Source of the DNA: Chiloscyllium plagiosum
Lineage: Eukaryota
Direction of reading: 5' to 3'
Length of the DNA stretch: 42,193 bases
Assembly (NCBI RefSeq): GCF_004010195.1
Contig: NC_057758.1
Span: 9,822,456-9,864,648, forward strand
The notes beneath the pieces were generated by a model, which did not search any database, was not told where the DNA came from, and saw only the letters and a program-made list of their open reading frames with translations. A program made the position numbers and the translations under genes. Positions within the stretch are counted from its first letter, which is position 1, and the number at the start of each line of letters is the position of its first letter. This document shows positions 36,916 to 42,193 of the stretch, one piece after another.

Positions 36916-37597
36916 CACTTCACGGGTCTGCCACACATTATTCCACTGGTAAGGTTAAGCTGTGTGTTACTTGACCCTATACTCTAACAGGCATTGATAT
37001 CTTCTCATTAACCTGTTTGGAGATGTTATTACACACCTCTGGAGCATGTGAGACTTGAATGTGGGCCTCCCGGCTCAGAGGTTCAGACACCACCACTGCA
37101 AGAGAGTTCCCTTAACCAAGCATATCCTGAGGTCAGTTAAAGTCTACAGCTGGGGGTTAGAAATTGAAAGTGAGAAATTGAAACAGAGGGTCAGGAAACA
37201 GCAGGTAGTGACTGGCCTTTATTATCTGTTTTTAATATTGAAACAATTAAAATGTGACATCTGGAATGTAGCTAATTAAAGAATAATACGTCCAGAAGCA
37301 GATTTTTTCATGGTGATGCTCATGTGATTTATAGTTAAGGTGTCAGTTGGGAATTATGCCACTAGTCAGCGTGTTAGTCTGAAACTCATAGGGCTTGATG
37401 CATGTAAGTATTTTACTAATGAATCTCACCACCAAAGCTCGGGTAAGGAGTCATCTGTGATTGTCTGAAGAATCACAATGATACTTCACATCTGTTGGAA
37501 GGCATGCAGTTGTGGCTGGTCAGTCATGCACCAGTAATTCCTTATTAAGTTTTTATTTCCAGATCAAAAGCAAAGAATTGCCTGCCTTTTCTTTTTT

Positions 37598-38225
37598 AGT
37601 CATACAGTCATAGAGATGTACAGCACGGAAACAAACCCTTCGGTCCCACCCATCCATGCCGACCAGATATCCCAACCCAATCTAGTCCCACCTGCCAGCA
37701 CCCGGCCCATGTCCCTCCAAACCCTTCCTATTCATATACCCATCCAAATGCCTCTTAAATGTTGCAATTGTGCCAGCCTCCACCACATCCTCTGGCAGCT
37801 CATTCCATACACGTACCACCCTCTGCGTGAAAAAGTTGCCCCTTAGGTCTCTTTTATACCTTTCCCCTCTCACCCTAAACCTATGCTCTCTCGGTCTGGA
37901 CTCCCTCACCCAGGGAAAAGACTTTGTCTATTTATCATATCCATGCCCCTCATAATTTTGTAAGCTTCTATAAGGTCACCCCTCAGCCTCCGATGCTCCA
38001 GGGAAAACAGCCCCAGCCTGTTCAAATCCTCCAACCCTGGCAACATCCTTGTAAATCTTTTCTGAACCCTTTCAAGTTTCACAACATCTTTCCGATAGGA
38101 AGGAGACCAGAATTGCACACAATATTCCAACAGTGGCCTAACCAATGTCCTGTACAGCCGTAACATGACCTCCCAACTCCTGTACTCAATACTCTGACCA
38201 ATAAAAGAAAACATACCAAATGTTT
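37598..38225 (-). mobile_element. Young CR1 3' fragment
   Basis: Very similar to 32330-32970. Confidence 0.92.
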
Positions 38226-38271
38226 TTTAAAGGACAGGTTGCTTTATAGCCAAGTGTGATATCTGGATAGT

Positions 38272-38698
38272 CTTGAATTGGAGATGCCGGTGTTGGATTG
38301 GGGTGTACAAAGTTAAAAATAACACAACACCCCAGTTTCATTACAGTTTCTACCTTACTGTTGTTAGAATACGGAATGGACTCACAAACTTTTAACATTT
38401 GCCTGTACCTGTGTTTTTGTTTTTGTTGCTGTTTACCTATTATTTACTTGTCTGTGCTACTTCACTCTGTGATCTGCCTGTATTGCTCGCAAGACAAAGC
38501 TTTTCACTGTCCCTCAGTACACGTGACAATAAATTCAATTCATTTCAGTTCATTTCAACACCAGGTTATAGTCCAACAGGTTTATTTGGAAGCACTAGCT
38601 TTCAGAGTGCTGCTCCTTCATCAGGTGGCTGCTCTGAAAGCTAGTGCCTCCAAATAAACCTGCTGGACAATAAGCTGGTGTTGTGTGATTTTTAACTT
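38272..38698. mobile_element. Palindromic Penelope family A insertion with 12-bp TSD and a nested LINE tail
   Basis: TSD TATCTGGATAGT at 38260-38271 and 38699-38710; hammerhead on the minus strand at 38593-38627. Confidence 0.88.
38332..38555 (+). mobile_element. 5'-truncated non-CR1 LINE 3' end (Rex1/Babar-like, tentative) with 7-bp TSD
   Basis: TSD CAACACC at 38325-38331 and 38556-38562; ends AATAAA + (TTCAA/TTCAT)n. Confidence 0.7.
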
Positions 38699-39049
38699 TA
38701 TCTGGATAGTGATAGACTAGATTATTTTATGTGGAGCAAGCTAAATGAATTCTCAGAGCATTGCAAGCAGAGTTATGACCGAACACAGCCCTTAGGTGGT
38801 GGGATTTTATTTTGACTACAAAGATTATTTAAGTCCTCATTTTGAAATCAGACATTGTTCTAATTTTTATATTCCATTTAAAAGTTGTATGTTATGTTAT
38901 AGATACGTAGTGTAAACTTCTGAAAGGAGTTTGTTATAACCATTCTGTGCAGTTTCCCAAAAACACTATTCACATGGGAGCCCCTGTATCTAACAAGTTG
39001 GTAGGTTTAAATCACTTGTGACTTCAACTTTTAGACTGGAACTGCAGAT

Positions 39050-39240
39050 AACATAGAGTCATAGAGATGTACAGCATAGAATCAGACCCTTCAGTCCAAT
39101 TCGTCCATGCCGACCAGATATCCCAACCTAATCTAGTCCCACTTGCCAGCATCTCTCCAAACCCTTCTTATTCATATAGCCATCTAGATGCCTTTTGAAT
39201 GCTGCAATTGTACTAGCCTCCACCATTTTCTCAGGCAGCA
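39050..39240 (-). mobile_element. CR1 extreme 3' end
   Basis: ATAGAGTCATAGAGATGTACAGC...CATGCCGACCAGATATCCC. Confidence 0.85.
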
Positions 39241-39729
39241 TCTTTCTGGAATTTTCATACTCTTGAGCTTCAATGTACTTAACCTTAAGTAACCTCTTCA
39301 GGGTTTTATCTCAACACTTATGGTCTGGGACTAACACAAATCTTTACTCTAAGGTAACATAGCTCATTGTGTATCCTTCCCTTACACAGTATCCCATTTC
39401 AAGGACTTCACAGAACTGCTCAAAAGTCAAAGTAAAAACTGAGACACAAAAGTGTCCCTCTTTAAGCTATGTGTGTCTTCCCTAAAGTTAAAATACCCAA
39501 GTTCCAGAATACTCTGACAAACATACTGTTATTTATCTTGTTGGATCACTAAATGATTGAAAATAAGCATAAAGTTCATAATTGGTATATTAAACCAAAC
39601 ACTGTAAAGTGGGATCTCAAAAACTTTTTAAATGAAATCTCCATTGCTACAAAATGACTGCAAGTAAATTATTAACTTTAGACAGACAGAAAACCCACTG
39701 GTTACTAACTCAAAAACAAGACATCTAGT

Positions 39730-40140
39730 TACATCACACACCATCTTGGACGAAGCAGCCTGTTTGATTGACACCATATCCATAAACATATGGTGCTTGG
39801 AGCAGCAGTATGTACCACCAGGTGCACTACAGAAATTCACTAAGGTTCCTTAGGAAGCACCTTCCAAACCTAGAACTACTACCATCTAGAAGGACGTGGG
39901 TTGCAAATAAACTTGCAAAACCTGTGCAAGTTCCCCTCCAAGCCACTCACCATACTGACTTGGAAATATTCACTGTTTCTTCAGTGTCGCTGGATCAAAA
40001 TCCTGGAACTCTCTCCCTTATAGCATTGGGGGTTTCCCTCCATAAAACACATGGCAATAGTTCAAGAAGGCAACTCACCACCATCTTTCTCAGGGCAACA
40101 CAGGATGGCGGTAAGTACTGGCCCAGCTAGTGTTACACAT
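39730..40140 (+). mobile_element. Decayed LINE 3' end
   Basis: Shares sequence with 25740-25915 and, inverted, with 10585-10970. Confidence 0.65.
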
Positions 40141-41124
40141 GGTGTTTTTTTTATAAAATCATCAGTATTTGCACCAATAAAGACAGAGAATTAAAATTAT
40201 ATTTTAATTGGAGAGCCTCTCTTAAGCCTTACACCTTAAGACATTCCACTGTTCAGGTCAAACGGCTCCTCTTGTGGAGCGGTCTGCATTATCTACATTG
40301 AAAATGTAGTGTGTAGTTAGCTTTACAACAAAATGCCTGTTTGGAGAGGGAGATTAGATAGGCAACGTCTGCATCGAGATTCTGGCAGTTCACCAATTCT
40401 TCAGTCTTAAAATGAAATTCACCATAAACATAAATTGGGATAAGGAAAATAAACTTGCCAAAATTCAAATATTTGTGAATATCTAAACTCCCCTGTGGTG
40501 CATCATTTTTAGTTTCTGTCGTGAGACAGAGTACTGACCTTTCCCCTGGCATCTGGTCAATCTCAGAATCAGGAAAGGGGTCATAGATCAAAGGTCAACA
40601 CTATACACAAATAGCGATCTATTATTGTACAGCTCTTTGTAAATCAGCTCCAAGTAACAGCAGCTATTTCTACCCAGTTGGCTGAGTACCAGCTTGAAGC
40701 CCCAGAGTAACGTAGTCACTGGCTTTGCAGTCCTGCCTGCCTCCTGACATTTATTAAAGGTTGCTGGTATACATTTGTAACGACCCACACCGTTAAATAG
40801 TCCAATTCATGAAGACCCAATGTGTCACACACCGCAAACAGCTGCCAAATCCCTTCTCCCTGGCACCTCTTTCCATCCTCCCCTTCTCTCCACCATCTTC
40901 ATCCCTCTCTCTTTCACACTGTCCATCTTTCCTCGACACACACAACCCCTTATCTCCTCTGTCCCTGATTGCTGACTTCCAGTGAGTCGATGTCAGTCCC
41001 ACAGCGAGGGGCTGGGCGTTTGCTGGCGGAGAGAGAAGACGGTGTGTCCTTACGGGATCTGATGCTGACCATTGCTTTAAACGATGCTTCGAAGTGCTCG
41101 ACACATGTCACTCTGCTTTGTCAC

Positions 41125-41264
41125 ATGGCGTGTGAGCCAATGCTCCTCCTGCTTCCTCTCAGACAGAGGGGTGTCCGTGTCCTCTTGCTGTTGCTGCTGC
41201 TGCTGTCTGTCTGTCCATCCAGCCGCCTGCCTGGAGCTCCGCACTGTCACTGTATCCCCCTGCG
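41125..41264 (+). CDS. Probable first coding exon of an unidentified secreted or membrane protein (signal-peptide-like)
   Basis: ATG 41125 (or in-frame 41140): MACEPMLLLLPLRQRGVRVLLLLLLLLSVCPSSRLPGAPHCHCIPL(R). Ends at consensus donor GCG|GTGAGT (phase 2), in repeat-free, CpG-enriched DNA. Confidence 0.55.
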
Positions 41265-42011
41265 GTGAGTTCATTGGGACAGGGGACAAAGCCGAGAGTG
41301 CAGCCTGGAAAGGCTGGCACTGGGTCCGGCACCAGGCTCGGGCTCGGCATGATGTGGACTGAGCGGCTGCATTCTCCACACTTTCAGGGAGACCGACTGC
41401 AGAGGCTTTGGGGAGGGGAGGGCAGGAGAGAGAGATGAGTTCCTCAAGTCCTGGGGCCAGTTCACCCTAATCTATGTGGACCCTTGGGTGGCTGGGTGGT
41501 CCGAGTCGGTTAGGGCACCCGCTTTGTTGGGGCAGTTTGTGGATGGTGTCTGTGTGGGGGAGGATCGGTCCCTGGGACAGACAGGGAACCAAAAATACCA
41601 TCACATGCACAATAGCTGCTCCTTTTCATTCTGCTGTCTTTGTCTCTCTCTCTCTCTTTCTCTTCCTGTCTCATTGTTTTGCAGAAAAGAAAGTTTCAGT
41701 TTTGGGTGGTTTGGGCTCAATGCTTTCTGTTTATGGCTCTGTCTAACTGTCTGTCAGTCTGTCTCTCTCTGAGTACCCCGGGCACCCACTCTGTGTCTCC
41801 ACTCTGTCCCAACACCTCTCACCGTACCTCATTCATCAATGCGGACCAACAACTCGCTCCCATCTTCACTGACCGACTGACTTCCTCTTTCAAACCAGTC
41901 GCTTCGTTTCTCTCACCTCGGAAGCCTGTTTCCCGGAAAGTCAAAGCTGTCTTTAACCTGTACACCGCGAGGCTGTCACAACACATCAGATGTGAGAAGG
42001 TCCAAATGAGA

Positions 42012-42193
42012 CCCCCAGGACAGAGCCCCTCTTCCCCAAACCTCCTCTCCCACTGTCCCCGGGACAGACCCCCTCTTCCCCAAACCACCCCTGCGACTGC
42101 CCCCGGGACAGACCCCCTCTTCCCCAAACCTCCCCTCCCACTGCCTCCAGGACAGACCCCCTCTTCCTCCAACCATCCCTCCCACTGCCCCCA
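42012..42193. repeat. 44-bp C-rich minisatellite running off the window end
   Basis: GGACAGA anchors at 42018, 42062, 42106 and 42150. Confidence 0.92.

Noticed and set aside
41077..41379. Poly-Gln (minus) and poly-Cys (plus) ORFs
   Set aside because: They are alternate frames of the short CTG repeat. Only the Leu frame pairs an ATG with a signal-like peptide that reaches the splice donor.
40793..42193. GJD2/connexin-36 exon 1 and an RE1/NRSE site
   Set aside because: No MGEWTILERLL-like frame was found, and only fragmentary RE1-like words (GTGTCC, TGCTGA) with the wrong spacing.

Overview
Vertebrate genomic DNA. The HE1-type V-SINEs and the CR1 and Penelope repertoire point to a shark or other elasmobranch (inferred from recalled repeat families). 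The window opens with a complete + strand sarcomeric alpha-actin gene of cardiac type (actc1-like): a four-CArG/TATA promoter, a non-coding exon 1, six coding exons that splice to 1134 nt (377 aa) at the canonical sarcomeric intron positions, and AATAAA at 7802. It differs from mammalian ACTC1 as I recall it by one substitution, KDSY to KDAY. About 33 kb of repeat-dense intergenic DNA follows: decayed CR1 LINEs, SINEs, Penelope-like (GIY-YIG) relics, several minisatellites and a 500-N gap. Near 41.1 kb lies the probable first exon of an unidentified gene with a signal-peptide-like N-terminus. The most notable hidden signal is a dozen or more minimal type-I hammerhead ribozyme motifs (CUGANGA-A-stem II-GAAA-palindromic stem III) in three sequence families. 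They sit on short Penelope-derived insertions, often palindromic and flanked by target-site duplications (TSDs), and show stem covariation. Hammerheads in Penelope elements are known as a class; whether these particular families are described or active cannot be judged from sequence alone. Repeat boundaries are approximate and repeat family names come from recall, not a database search.
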